From Ascoidea asiatica JCM 7603 (lineage: Eukaryota; Fungi; Ascomycota): DNA of 64,000 bases. Location of the stretch: the NCBI GenBank assembly GCA_001600695.1, contig BCKQ01000004.1:1222255-1286254 (forward strand), read 5' to 3'. Within the stretch, counting starts at the first letter, position 1; every line of letters starts with the position of its first letter. A program made the position numbers and the translations under genes. The notes beneath the pieces were generated by a model. The model was not told where the DNA came from, did no database searches, and saw only the letters and a program-made list of their open reading frames with translations. Below are positions 1-12,129 of the stretch, in pieces.

Positions 1-1
1 C

Positions 2-652
2 ATTAATGATCATAATATATTCAACAACAATAATATTAATAACTTCAATAATCCTAATAATAGTTTTCCAAATATGATATCCAATTATAAATATAGTCAA
101 GAATCTAGTATAAGACAAAATTATAGCACTACTAATAATAATGACGAAACAAATAGTAATGGATCAGAGAGTTCTAAATTAACATCACCACCAAGTATAT
201 TTAGTAATAATGGATTAATTATTAGAAATAATGAAGGATATAATGAAGAATATACTTATAATAAAACTAATATTATTACTCCAAATTCTGTTGATGATAT
301 TTTAAATGATAGTATAGTTAATAATATTAATATGACTTTGAATAGAAACTTAAATAATAGAAGTTCAATTGGAAGTGGTAGTGATATTACTGATACTAGT
401 GCAATAATTGACAATGATAATAATAAGGATTATAAAGATAATAATAATAATAAGGACAATAAGGATAATAGGAATGATAATAAACCAGTAAAAAAAACAT
501 TACATCTTAATAAGAAAATTAATAAACCAAAAATAGATAACAATAGTAACAATAACAATAATATTAACAACAATGAACATTCTCAACTTCAATTAAGGAA
601 TAAAGAACTTGAGAAAAAAGAACCATTTAAACTATCATATATTCTTAATTAA
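2..652 (+). CDS. 3' end of an Asn-rich protein truncated by the window edge, possibly a transcription regulator
   Basis: The frame is open from base 2 through the annotated ATG at 74 to TAA at 650-652. The protein is low-complexity N/S-rich and ends in FKLSYILN, resembling short LxxILN tails of fungal regulators. Confidence 0.6.
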   Translation: MNDHNIFNNNNINNFNNPNNSFPNMISNYKYSQESSIRQNYSTTNNNDETNSNGSESSKLTSPPSIFSNNGLIIRNNEGYNEEYTYNKTNIITPNSVDDILNDSIVNNINMTLNRNLNNRSSIGSGSDITDTSAIIDNDNNKDYKDNNNNKDNKDNRNDNKPVKKTLHLNKKINKPKIDNNSNNNNNINNNEHSQLQLRNKELEKKEPFKLSYILN

Positions 653-1278
653 AATTCATTTGAAATTTTATGTCTTTTTTGCCCTTTTTTTCACTTTTCA
701 TCATCTTTTCTCTTTCAATTATTCATGGGATTTTATTTCTAGGTGATTATTAAAACCTTTTGTATGCTATTGTTTTTTCTTTTTTTTTTTTCCAATATTT
801 ACTTATATTGTAGATGTTTTTTCTATTTATTAATAATAATTTTTCCAGAGTTTCTTTCTTAAATTCCTTTCGGTATAATTTGAAAAATAATGTGAAAAAG
901 ACTAACTTTTCTTCATTGAAGAAAGTATTTATACCATATTTTTTAAATTATTCTATTCTATATTATATATATCAATTATTTCTTTATTTATTTAGTTATT
1001 TCTTTATTTATTTTATATTTATTTAATCAATTTATTTATTTATTTACTGATTTATTCACTTATTTCAATATTTTGTAGTGAATGTTTTCATTTCCTTCTT
1101 AAAATAAGAGGAACCGTGAAAGTGGTCTCTGCAACGGGATTTTTCTTTCCCAGCGGTAAAAGCTTTGAAGTAAACAAGAGATTCTGCAATAAATTGTCAT
1201 AGAAGCAGAGGAAACAAACAAAAGAGAAGCAGAAGCACCAGAAGCACCAGAAGCACCAGAAAAGAATAGCAGCAACAG

Positions 1279-1288
1279 TGACACAAAA
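1279..1288 (+). promoter_or_regulatory. MSE-like (Ndt80) site upstream of GAS4-like gene
   Basis: TGACACAAAA matches the YGNCACAAAA consensus, about 340 bp upstream of the ATG. S. cerevisiae GAS4 is sporulation-specific. Confidence 0.45.
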
Positions 1289-1623
1289 GAAGCAGTGGAA
1301 GCAACAACAGAAACAGAAGCAGCAACGCAACAGACTCCAATAACGGCAGCTTACGATGTCTTCCTTGGTTTTAGACGCTGAGTTCAATTCTTATTTCTTT
1401 GGGATTTAATAAAGGTTATAATGTGTAGAACTTCTTGAGAAGTGTCAATTCAATTCAATTCAATACTTTTAAGGAAAAGAGTATCAAATATTATAAAGTA
1501 TAAAGAATCAAAGGATAGCTTCATTTCTTATCTTTTATTATTTCAAAGGAATTTTAAGCGCTGATATTTAAAAATTATTTTAAATTACTTTGACTACTTT
1601 AATTTTCAAAAAACGTTATAAAA

Positions 1624-3383
1624 ATGAATAAGTTAGTAATTTTTTTAATATTATCTCAATTAAATTTATTATTTGTAAATGGTTTTATTCATCCAGTTGC
1701 TGTTAAAGGTCGTCATTTTGTTGATACTGTAACTAATGAACCTTTTTTCATAAAAGGTGTTGATTATCAACCTGGTGGTTCATCTGGTGTTAATATTGAA
1801 AAAGATCCATTAAGTGATGCTGATATTTGTACAAGAGATATAATTTTATTTCAAGAATTAGGTATTAATACAATTAGAGTTTATTCTGTTAATCCAGATT
1901 TAAATCATGATAAATGTATGACTTTATTAGCAATTGCAGGAATTTATTTGGTTTTAGATATTAATTCTCCTTTAGAAAGTCAACATTTGAATAGATATGA
2001 ACCATGGACAACATATACTGATTCTTATTTAAATCATGTATTTAAAGTTATTGATCAATTTTCAAGATTTAATAATACTTTAGGTTATTTTGCTGGTAAT
2101 GAAATTATTAATGATAAAATTTCTGCAGAAGCTTCTCCAATTTATATTAAAAGAATTATTCATGATATGAAAGAATATATGATTAAAAATAATTTACGTA
2201 ATGTACCAATTGGTTATTCTGCTGCTGATGATTTATCTTATAGAACTTCATTATCAAAATATCTTGAATGTTCTTTAGATGGTTCAACTGATTATTCTGT
2301 GGATTTTTATGGTGTTAATTCTTATCAATGGTGTGGTAAACAAACTTTTTATACAAGTGGTTATAATATTTTAGTTGATGATTATCAAGATTTTACAAGA
2401 CCTTTATTTTTCTCAGAATATGGTTGTAATGAAGTTAGACCAAGATTATTTGAAGAAACTCAAGCAATTTATTCTTCTGATATGTATAAAGTATTTTGTG
2501 GTGGTTTAGTTTATGAATTTACTCAAGGTGCAAATGATTATGGTTTGGTTGAAATTGATGAATTAACTGGTTCTGTTCAAATTTTAGAAGATTTTTATGC
2601 TTTAAAAGATCAATTTTCAAAAATTCAATTACCAACTTCAAAAGAAGTTTTTTCTAATTTTAATAAAGGTAAACTTGGTGCAAAAAATGTTTTAAATAGT
2701 AATAATAATAATAATAAATTTGAAAATCAATTTAGTAAAACTCCAGATTGTGAATTAAGTTATGATAATTTAAAAGTTGATGTTAAATTACCAATAACTA
2801 TTGCTCAAACTTTAGTTGATTCTGGTGTTAAAGTTAAAAAAGGTAGTTTTGTACCTTTAACAGAAGATGAATTAACAACATCTTATTCAATTTATGGTTT
2901 TGATGGTAAACAATATCCAAAAGATAAATCAATTCAAATTACAACTCATCATCATCCAAAAGAAAATAATCAAAAAGATCTTAATGATATTAATTCTGTT
3001 AATAATAATATTAATAATCAAGTTGAATCTGATAAAATTTCAAATTCTCAGCCAACAAAAAAAAAGTCTCGTGGACCTTTTAGTTTTTTATTCAAAAATT
3101 CAGGTAAGTCTTAACTTGCCTTGCTTTCCTTATATATGAATAATATTAATATTGAAATTTAATCAATCAATCAATTAATTAATTTTTCATTATATAAAAT
3201 AAATTATTAAATAAAACTTACTAACAAGTTTTTTTTTTCTTTCTTTCTTTCATTTTGATTTTTAATTCTATTTTGGATTTATAATTAGGTGATAGTATTT
3301 CTGGCAAAAAAAATATGAAAATGTATTTTATAAAAATTATTGATTTTTATTTCCTAATTTTTGGATTTTTAACAATTTTTTGA
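1624..3383 (+). CDS. GAS4: GH72 1,3-beta-glucanosyltransferase, Gas4-like; two exons 1624-3103 and 3289-3383 (524 aa spliced)
   Basis: Signal peptide, KGVDYQPGG, GINTIRVYSVNPDLNHDKCM, GYFAGNE and FFSEYGC, with no Cys-box. Intron: GTAAGT at 3104, TACTAAC at 3219-3225, TAG at 3286-3288. Exon 2 adds GDSISGKKNMKMYFIKIIDFYFLIFGFLTIF*, a GPI-signal-like tail. Confidence 0.85.
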
Positions 3384-4359
3384 ATATTTTATTTATTTCT
3401 TTCACTGATCTTTAGATAAAATAATTTATTTCTCCCTCTTTTTTTATCTATTTATGTATTTAGCTATTAATTATTTTATTTAACTACTTATTCATAATTC
3501 GTTCTATCGTAGTATTTTACCCTAATAATTATAAAAAAAGGTTACCCTTTTGGCAAATCTGTCAAATTTTGAATATAAAACCCATTGAAAAGAATATTAA
3601 AAGTATTTCTCTTTCATTATATATTTAATAATAACTATATTATATCAATTAGTAATAACAATATCTTTTTGGAATTACATCAGTTAACAGTATGTTTCTA
3701 GATATTATCTTAATCATATTTCAACTGAATTGTTATTTCAATTTTACACCAGGCTTATAACTGGATGACTAGTGGTTTAATTCTGTCCCTTATTGTCTTT
3801 TAAGTGTCTGGAAAATTAAATTAAATAGAGACGAATCTTACACGATATCTGTGCTTGATAATAATCTTTAGATTTTAATCATAATAAACTTGAATCGTTT
3901 ACTTCTCTTTTACATTTTTATTCTACATTTTGATCCAAATTTTATTTATTTTTGTTACTCTTTTATTAAAGTAGTTTATCATCTATTCGTTATTTTCCTT
4001 ATTGTTTGAAATTCCCTTCTTTTAATGAGATTATTAGAAATTAATATTATCTGCAAACGGTTTTATACCCGTGCTTTCTTTGCTTGTCGCCCCTTGAAAA
4101 CAAAACATTTTACCCACTTCTACTTTTCAGAGAATGAAACCCCATTGAAATTTAACCGATCAAAGTGTATTTGAATAAATAAATTGATTGACTCTATCTA
4201 AATTTTATTGAATTTAATCATTTAAACTGTTAAGACAAAGTTTCTTATAAAACATCCATCATTTATAATCAGACCAGTAGTTACTTTATATTCGCATTCA
4301 ATCATATATCAATTTCAAAAGAACTAAATCAATTGATCCATTGTATTAAAAACAAAATA

Positions 4360-7300
4360 ATGAATGGAGAATTAATTTCTCTTAATCGAAATATCAATAA
4401 TTCTATTAACGACAATGACAAAAATAATAAATTCAAAATCACTTCGAATATGAGTGAAGATAATCGCAATTATGAAGTTCAAAGAAAACCATTAGATGAA
4501 ATAAATAAATTCAAATTAATTAAAAATCATCAATTCAAATTCATAAAACCATATTGTATAAATTTATCAAAATTAACAATTCAAAAACCTGAAAATTACT
4601 TTAAAAATTCTTTGAATATTTCAAATTCATTAAATGAATTAAATTTAGCTTTAATCAATCTTAAAAATGAAAACTATTCTAATAAAATCATTGATGAGTC
4701 TCATAATAAAAATATTTTGAATATAAATGATTTTATCAAAGGATTCAGCGATATAAATTTAAATGAAAATCAAATAAATGATGAACTTTCATTCAAATTG
4801 TTTTTAGATCCAAATTATATATTCTTACCAATAAAGTTTCTCTTACATCAACAGCCGAAATTATCTGATACCCAACTTGAAAAAATATTAAATATTCTAG
4901 AATTTTTATTTCTTTATTCAATTTGGTCAACTTATACTCCAGAATCAATTTCTGAATCAAGTAAATTTTCAAATAAAGATTCAAATGATATCAATTTTTT
5001 CCCATTAATTATATACTTAACTTTTGATGCCATCAAAAATAATGAAGTTATTCAATATTCCGGTATAAAATGTTTATTTGGTCTTTTTAATTCGATTAAC
5101 AATTATGAAATTTCATTATCTAAAAAACAAATAGAAAATAATTCTAATGAAAATATTATTGAAAACTCTGATTTATATTTCATTAATGTTAATAATAATC
5201 AAAACTTAATCCCCTTATCTAATTTAATCTTTAATTTATTAAATATAATAAAAGATGATGTTAAAAATGTTGATTTACAATTAATTTCATTAGATCTATT
5301 AAAATATCTTTATAAATATACTTTTCATCCAAATATTCAAAATAATAATAATACAAATGAAAATTTATTAATGAAAATCTTACCAGGAAATCTTTCAATT
5401 TTAAATAAAATCTTATCAAGTAAAAACTTCAATCTATATAATTCAAAAATTATTATAAACTCTTTAGATTTATTTCAATTATTATTAAACAACTCTTTTA
5501 TAAATCTTGATTCAGAAACTAATCTTAAATTTGTGTTTGATCAAATTATAACAATAATAAAAAATTTCTCAGAAGTTTTAAAAACTTCGAAAAATTTTAA
5601 AATTCATTTAAATCTTTTACTATTTTTTGATAATATTTTAAACCTCTTATTAAAAAACTCAGCTTTCACAAAAGATTTAATTCAATTAATTATTTCAATA
5701 ACTATCTATATAATTTCAACTGAACAGTTTTCAAATGATATCTCAATTGAGATGGAAAAGAAAATTAAAACTATTGGTAATGAAATTATAGTGAAAGTCT
5801 TAAATTCCAACAATAATTATGTTTTGAATACTTTTCAATTTCAAGTTTCAAGTTTAACAGATATTTTACATTCTTCAGATCAAGATAAAATTAAAAATTC
5901 TTTAAATTCTTTATCTTTTTTCATTGACATTACTCCAACTTTATTAAATAATAAAAAATTTAACCTAAACAATAAGTTCATAATTCCACATACTGATATT
6001 CTTCAATTAGTGGAAAATAGTAAAAATAATAATACAAAAGAAATTAAAAAAATATTAAATACAAGTAAAGATATTCAAGTATTCAAGCAGGACTTTAATG
6101 CTTCTATTTCTAATATACTTGATATAATAAGTAATGAAATATCAAATTTAATAATATCTCATGAAAATAATTCAAAAAGAAATGAATCAAAAGTAAAAGT
6201 AGTCAATTCCTCTTATTATGGATCAGATTTACTTTTAATTTCAAAACAAACTTTATCTGCTTCTGAATCAACAAAGGAGTATGAAAATGAAAATAATCAA
6301 TTAAAAATCGCTTTTAATCAAAAACTAATTGAATTAAGTGAAGAAATACCGAATTTGTTCAGTTTCACTTATGATAAAAATGCTGAAGCATCAGTAACAA
6401 ATTTACTAGAGTCAATTGGTGCATCTGAATTGGGAATTGAATCAGCTAATAATTTGTTGTTAACAATTGGTAATTCTCCATTGAATAAATCGGTTTCTTT
6501 ATGGATATTAAATTATTTAATTCAAGGAGCATTGAAAACTTTTCCAGAAAAATCCAATTTTGAAACTGAGTTTGATAATGATATTTCAAGGGAAATCAAA
6601 GAAATCAAAAATGATAAAAGTTTCAATGATTTATTTGATGAATTTATTGATACCAGTGATTTAGTGGATTCTTCAAATAATAATAATAGTTATAATACTA
6701 TAGCTTTTTTTGAAGAAAATAAAAGAGAAAAATGGGGTGAAATAGTTTTACAAGTTTTGGAAATAAATAAAGATTTATTTGAAGAAATTTCAACTTTAGA
6801 ACCATCTTCTGAACTTGAATTCATAAGCTCTATATCTTTAGATACTATTTTAACTGCATGTGAATTTTTGGGTGAAGCATTTCAATTAGAATTGCTTGAA
6901 AATCTTTTCCCAGTGATTGATGGATTAGCTTCAACATCTGAGATTATTAGAAATCATGCACAAAGAGCAGCTTTAATAATTTCCAAGACATGTTATAATT
7001 ATTCTATTCATGATTTAATTTTTAATAATTGTGATTATTTATTGGATGCTGTAAGTATAAGATTAACTGCTTCAACTATAACTCCTAGAACCGCAGCAAT
7101 ATTAATGGTTTTAATAAAAATTGGTGGAATTGAATTATTACCTTTATTAGATGATGTAATAAATGCAGTTTTTGTTTTATTAGATTTTTATCATGGATAT
7201 TCAATTTTATGTCAAGGATTTTTTATTGCATTTGAAGCTATACTTGATGAAATATATAAAGCATATTTAAAAACATACGATTTTGAATTATATTTTTCAA

Positions 7301-8229
7301 AACTTAATGATGAAGTAAATGAATTAACAAAACCATGGGGAATGAAAAATATTAATCAAGTTTTAGAATTGGTTAAAGATCAAAAATTAATTCCAAATTA
7401 TGATGATTTAAATAAGAAAATGAAAAAATATGGAAAAAATAATTTCAATAAGCCAGTTAGTAAAATTGAAGAGTTAAGTAATAGTGAAGGTGACAGTGAT
7501 GATGACAGCGATGATGAAAGTGATGATGAGGATAAAAAAAATCATAATATCAAGGATGACGAGAACAAATACGAAGGCGATGTTGATAATAAAAATGATA
7601 AAAATGATGAAGAAGAATGGGAATCACCAATACCGAAACAATTATATTTATTAGTTCAACAAATATGCTCATATAGTTCAAGATTATTTCATCATCCATC
7701 AATTCGATTAAGAGTTCAAATTTTAAGAATATTAAATAATATAATTCCAATATTATCCACAGAAAGAAAAGAATTATTACCAGTATTGGCAAATATATGG
7801 GAATTAGTTTTATCATCATGTTTAGAAAAAGATTTAAGAATTAGAATAAATGGATTAAATTTAGCACAAACAATGTTTAAATTTGGAGGTACATTTATGA
7901 GTTTACAATATTTAAAATTTTGGGAAAATTTAAGTAAGAATTTATTAATTTCAAAAAAAACAAAAATTAATGAAATTAAACAAGATAAATCAGATCCTGT
8001 ATTTAAAAGAGCAATAATTTTACCAGGTATTGATATGAAATGTCATGAGATTTTAATTGAAACATTATTAATTGGATTAAAAAGTAGTGGAGTTTCATTA
8101 AATAATAAAATTATTGAAGAAATTGTATTTTATACATCAAGATTTATAAAAATTGAAGATATTGAGAATAAATATGGAGAATTTTCAGATATTGCATGGT
8201 ATATGAAAACAGAAGAATTTAATAAATAA
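4360..8229 (+). CDS. TTI1: TEL2-interacting protein 1 (TTT/ASTRA HEAT-repeat subunit)
   Basis: Long helical protein with ILPGNLS, NCDYLLDAVSIRL, LLPLLDDVINAVFVLLDFYHGY and LLPVLANIW. The track start is TTG; the first ATG is 4360 and an alternative is 4450. Confidence 0.8.
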   Translation: MNGELISLNRNINNSINDNDKNNKFKITSNMSEDNRNYEVQRKPLDEINKFKLIKNHQFKFIKPYCINLSKLTIQKPENYFKNSLNISNSLNELNLALINLKNENYSNKIIDESHNKNILNINDFIKGFSDINLNENQINDELSFKLFLDPNYIFLPIKFLLHQQPKLSDTQLEKILNILEFLFLYSIWSTYTPESISESSKFSNKDSNDINFFPLIIYLTFDAIKNNEVIQYSGIKCLFGLFNSINNYEISLSKKQIENNSNENIIENSDLYFINVNNNQNLIPLSNLIFNLLNIIKDDVKNVDLQLISLDLLKYLYKYTFHPNIQNNNNTNENLLMKILPGNLSILNKILSSKNFNLYNSKIIINSLDLFQLLLNNSFINLDSETNLKFVFDQIITIIKNFSEVLKTSKNFKIHLNLLLFFDNILNLLLKNSAFTKDLIQLIISITIYIISTEQFSNDISIEMEKKIKTIGNEIIVKVLNSNNNYVLNTFQFQVSSLTDILHSSDQDKIKNSLNSLSFFIDITPTLLNNKKFNLNNKFIIPHTDILQLVENSKNNNTKEIKKILNTSKDIQVFKQDFNASISNILDIISNEISNLIISHENNSKRNESKVKVVNSSYYGSDLLLISKQTLSASESTKEYENENNQLKIAFNQKLIELSEEIPNLFSFTYDKNAEASVTNLLESIGASELGIESANNLLLTIGNSPLNKSVSLWILNYLIQGALKTFPEKSNFETEFDNDISREIKEIKNDKSFNDLFDEFIDTSDLVDSSNNNNSYNTIAFFEENKREKWGEIVLQVLEINKDLFEEISTLEPSSELEFISSISLDTILTACEFLGEAFQLELLENLFPVIDGLASTSEIIRNHAQRAALIISKTCYNYSIHDLIFNNCDYLLDAVSIRLTASTITPRTAAILMVLIKIGGIELLPLLDDVINAVFVLLDFYHGYSILCQGFFIAFEAILDEIYKAYLKTYDFELYFSKLNDEVNELTKPWGMKNINQVLELVKDQKLIPNYDDLNKKMKKYGKNNFNKPVSKIEELSNSEGDSDDDSDDESDDEDKKNHNIKDDENKYEGDVDNKNDKNDEEEWESPIPKQLYLLVQQICSYSSRLFHHPSIRLRVQILRILNNIIPILSTERKELLPVLANIWELVLSSCLEKDLRIRINGLNLAQTMFKFGGTFMSLQYLKFWENLSKNLLISKKTKINEIKQDKSDPVFKRAIILPGIDMKCHEILIETLLIGLKSSGVSLNNKIIEEIVFYTSRFIKIEDIENKYGEFSDIAWYMKTEEFNK

Positions 8230-8418
8230 GATCAATAATATAAATTTATTATATATTTATAAGTATTTATAATTGAATAAGTAAATAATTAAATGATTAA
8301 ATAATTAAATAATTAAACAATTAAATAATTAAATAATTAAATGAAATAGATAAAAAAATTATATTAAAAGATCTTAAATTGAATAAAATTAAAGAAAATT
8401 TTAAGATTAACATTAAAT

Positions 8419-9318
8419 TTAATGAGAAGCTTTGAAATCTGCAATTTTTTTCTCAATTCTTTCTTGTCTTTGTTCTTTTGTAAGTTTAACATCTCTGTAT
8501 TTTTTAGATTCAGCAGCATATTCAGCTTTTGTATGTTTTTTAACAGTTGGTTTAAAAACAGGATTTTCTCTAATTGCAGCATGAGCATCAGCATAAATAT
8601 CTTCAATTGCATCAGCATCAATATCATCAGCAATATAATTTTTAAAGATTTGTCTATATCTTTCTTCATCATCATCAGCTAATTCTTCCATATATTCAGA
8701 AATATGACCACCATAAATATATTTTCTTAAAGTTTCAGCATCTAATTCTTCAGCTTCAAAATCCCAACCTGGGAATCTATTTTCAGAATGAGGAATGTAT
8801 AAACCACCATCAGAAGCACCTTTTAAACAACCAAAGATTTTTGCACCAGTTGTAGTTCTTTGTAAACCAATATCTAAGAAAACTTTAAATGGTCTTGGAC
8901 CATCTTCAACAGCTTGAGTTAATTCATATTCACCTTCAACTTCTTCAACACCAGGATAAGTTTCATCTAAACCTAATTTAGTTAAAGCTCTTCTTGCGAC
9001 TAATAAACCAGTTGCATAAGCAGCAGACCAATTTGTTAAACCATATTTAATACCATATTTTGGTAATTCATGAGAATAAGCAGCACATAAAACAATATCA
9101 CCAGTAATTAAAGAAGAAATAATTTGACAAATAATATCTTTTTTTGTAAATCTTACAACTAATCTATATTTTGGAGTATTATATTTTGCTTTATGTTGAG
9201 TAACTAATCTCTTTCTTTGATAATAATCAGTTTTACCTTCTCTTCTTCTACGAAATGGAGTTTGAAATCTTGAATAATATGGAGAGCTTTTAACAGCTGT
9301 ACTTTTATCGAAAGCCAT
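8419..9318 (-). CDS. RPL5: 60S ribosomal protein L5 (uL18)
   Basis: FRRRREGKTDYYQRKRL, KYRLVVRFT, GLTNWSAAYATGLL and GASDGGLYIPHSENRFPG. Confidence 0.99.
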   Translation of the reverse strand: MAFDKSTAVKSSPYYSRFQTPFRRRREGKTDYYQRKRLVTQHKAKYNTPKYRLVVRFTKKDIICQIISSLITGDIVLCAAYSHELPKYGIKYGLTNWSAAYATGLLVARRALTKLGLDETYPGVEEVEGEYELTQAVEDGPRPFKVFLDIGLQRTTTGAKIFGCLKGASDGGLYIPHSENRFPGWDFEAEELDAETLRKYIYGGHISEYMEELADDDEERYRQIFKNYIADDIDADAIEDIYADAHAAIRENPVFKPTVKKHTKAEYAAESKKYRDVKLTKEQRQERIEKKIADFKASH

Positions 9319-9558
9319 TTTTTGATTATGATTAGATCAGATAATTAATTATTAATTAATGGTTTAAAAGATTACTCTTTAATTTTTTTATCTTTATTTT
9401 TATTGTTTAAATCTTACTAACGTTACAGTACTGACTTTGATTTAAAATTTTAAAAGATTTATGAATTATGAATTCAATAATTGATTATTTAAAATTTTGA
9501 TGATGAAAAATTGAAATTATTATTGAAAATTGAATAAACCTGAAAAATTAAAGGGAGT

Positions 9559-9851
9559 AAGTCATGTGATATGTATATTTTAGTAATAGTTAAGAGTTTT
9601 AATAATGAAGCTCTCGTTAAAATGTGCTTAAAGTATTGTTTTGCGTTGTTTTTGATAATTTACTAAGGTTTTATGGTGATGGAATTCAAAATAAACACAT
9701 AATTGAGGTTTTGCGTTGCGTTGATGATTAAAATTAACAAAAAATTGACAAACTTCAAGAAAAATAAGAAGTCATGTGATATACTTTTGATTTTTGAGAC
9801 CGCATTTTGTTTAAAATATAATATTAATAGCCCTATGTATTTACATGTGAC
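9559..9851. promoter_or_regulatory. RPL5 promoter with Cbf1-like and Tbf1-like sites
   Basis: AAGTCATGTGATAT occurs twice (9559, 9769; RTCACRTG on the minus strand), with CATGTGAC near 9844 and TAGCCCTA at 9828-9835. Confidence 0.5.
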
Positions 9852-12129
9852 CTATATATTTAGAGGGCATTATTTTTTATTTGACTCGGCAAGAATTGAA
9901 CTGGAACTGAAGTCGATTTGAAGTGGATTTGAAGTGGATTTGATCTGATTTGATCTGATTTGTTGTTTGTTTGTTTATTTGTCTGTTTGTTTGTTGTTAA
10001 ATCGAAGTGATGGGTGACTGGCCAATCAAGAGACAGATCTCGATAAGAATAACAGTAGTTTTTAGCTTCATGGCTTTAAGCTTGTAGATAAGATAAGCTT
10101 ATCTAAACAAGAGTTAACTACGCAATAAATGTTTAATAGTGTTTAATTCATTTCGATTATGATCCTCCTCGTATCCTTTTAAATAAACCGGAAGAGATAT
10201 TTAATATATAAATAAAATATTTGATAGAGTAATTTAATAATGGAATAATGGAATAAAGAATTCTATTTACTTTACTTCTAGGAAAATATAGGATAGAATA
10301 TCAATATCATTAAAAAACATGTGCTTGTTCAGCCGTATGTTAAAGTAATAAAACGTTTTTTTTTTTTTTTTTTTTTTTTCATTTCAATGGTGGTAATATT
10401 ATTGAATTTTTAAAAGAATATATTTTTAGTAAATAAGAAAATGGTTAAATGATTCTATCATATTCTAACTTTGAGGAAATAAAAAGAACTTGACATATTC
10501 TTTACTGTTTGTTTCTTGTTTATCATTCTTTTGTATTGTAAATTAGTACCTTTATTGTGTTTTTATCACTCAAATAAGCCCGAAAAAGAATATTATATTT
10601 ACTAATTATTCATTATAAGAGAATTGAATAATTCATAATAATATTAATAGTAATATATTAATATTAATATTATATATTTATTACGTCAAAGGAAAATCAA
10701 TGGAAAATTATAATTTAGTAAGTAAACTAAAGGTTAAATGGACACCCGAAATTGAGCGAAATTTGAAAATAATCCGACAACAATTAGAGAATTATTAGCA
10801 AATACTTCTGATATTACGTAATCAGAAGAGAAATTAACAGAATTTATTTATTACTTTTACCGAACCGGTTCTCGTAGAGAAATACGTTAAATTCCGGTTT
10901 GGTGGGTGCCATTTAGTGGAGGTTGGGTTTTTTTTGAGCCTTATTGAGTTCCGGAGATACGGCATAGCATAAGAGAAAGACCGGTGGTACAGTCGTACGG
11001 TGGTAAGGTCGTGGCACGATACATTCTTTTTTTTACCTATTTTGGGAAATTTAGCAGACGCCAGCGGACTAAAATAAGTAACACGACACATTTCCAATTC
11101 TGGAATATTGTTTTGATTTTATTTCAATGTTACAGGGAAGACCCTTTTTGTGGTGTGAGTTCGTAAAACACCTACAATTTGAAATTAAAATAAATAAATA
11201 TGCGGGACAATGTGTATTTAAAACTATTGTAAGCGGGTTATGTCTTATCCGTTACCACCCCTGTGGGTTGTCTTGACTTTGCCTGTTACAAAGCTGTCAA
11301 TTAATAATATACTCGGAATCCGATAACTACTAGTAATTGGTTGAATTAAATTTAGTCGAGAAAATGAAAAATTTATCAGAAGAAATTTGATTTTAGTTTC
11401 AATTTTAGTTTTTTTCTTAGTTTTATTTTGTGCACAGATCAGATTTTATCAGATCTTAGAATTGTTGACGGTAGAAAGATAGGAAGATAATTAATTCAAC
11501 AAATTCAACAAAAAGATTATCTTTTAGTCATCAACTTAGTGAGGGAAAGTGATGAAGGTAACCTTGTGTCCTGTGTTTCTCGTTCCCCTCTTTCCTAATC
11601 GAGAACGAAATCTATTAAATAGAGAATAACTTCAATCAAATGAAATTAGTCTTCATTTCAATCAAATACAAGAAAAAAGTGAAGAGATTGTTATTAAATG
11701 AGAAAGATATTCACTCTACTTTAATCTCATTTATTTAACCTGGTGAAATTATTTATTGACTTCTGAAGAAAATATTGTTTTTTCTCGGGTTTCAACAAGA
11801 AATTTCCCATACTTTTTTTCTTGTTTGTTTATTTTTTACATTTGTACGTATCATTTTGATTTTGTATTGGTTAAACTTGTTATTAAAAAATGATAATCTA
11901 CACAATAAATAGCAAACAATAAACAATAAACAAAAAACAATAATTAACAAACAAAAATAATAAACAATAAAATAATCCAATGGAATTGATTTAAACAATC
12001 AAAATAATAAAGATATAAATATAAGAATTATTATCAGAAGATGAAGAATAACTATCAATTAGAATAATCTATTACCAGTTGATCCATTGTACCTAAGATT
12101 ATTATGGATCCAAAGATTAAACCAACAAC

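Noticed and set aside
1088-1387. Cys/Phe-rich and GAS-repeat short ORFs
   Set aside because: They are translations of GAAGCA(CCA) microsatellites in the GAS4 promoter.
9415-9428. TACTAAC...CAG upstream of RPL5, suggesting a 5' UTR intron
   Set aside because: It is on the plus strand, antisense to RPL5. I found no matching branch point and acceptor on the minus strand.
9499-9543. TGATGA...CTGA as a box C/D snoRNA
   Set aside because: Too short (about 45 nt), with no terminal stem or recognisable guide. The TGAAAAATT elements fit RRPE-like promoter motifs better.
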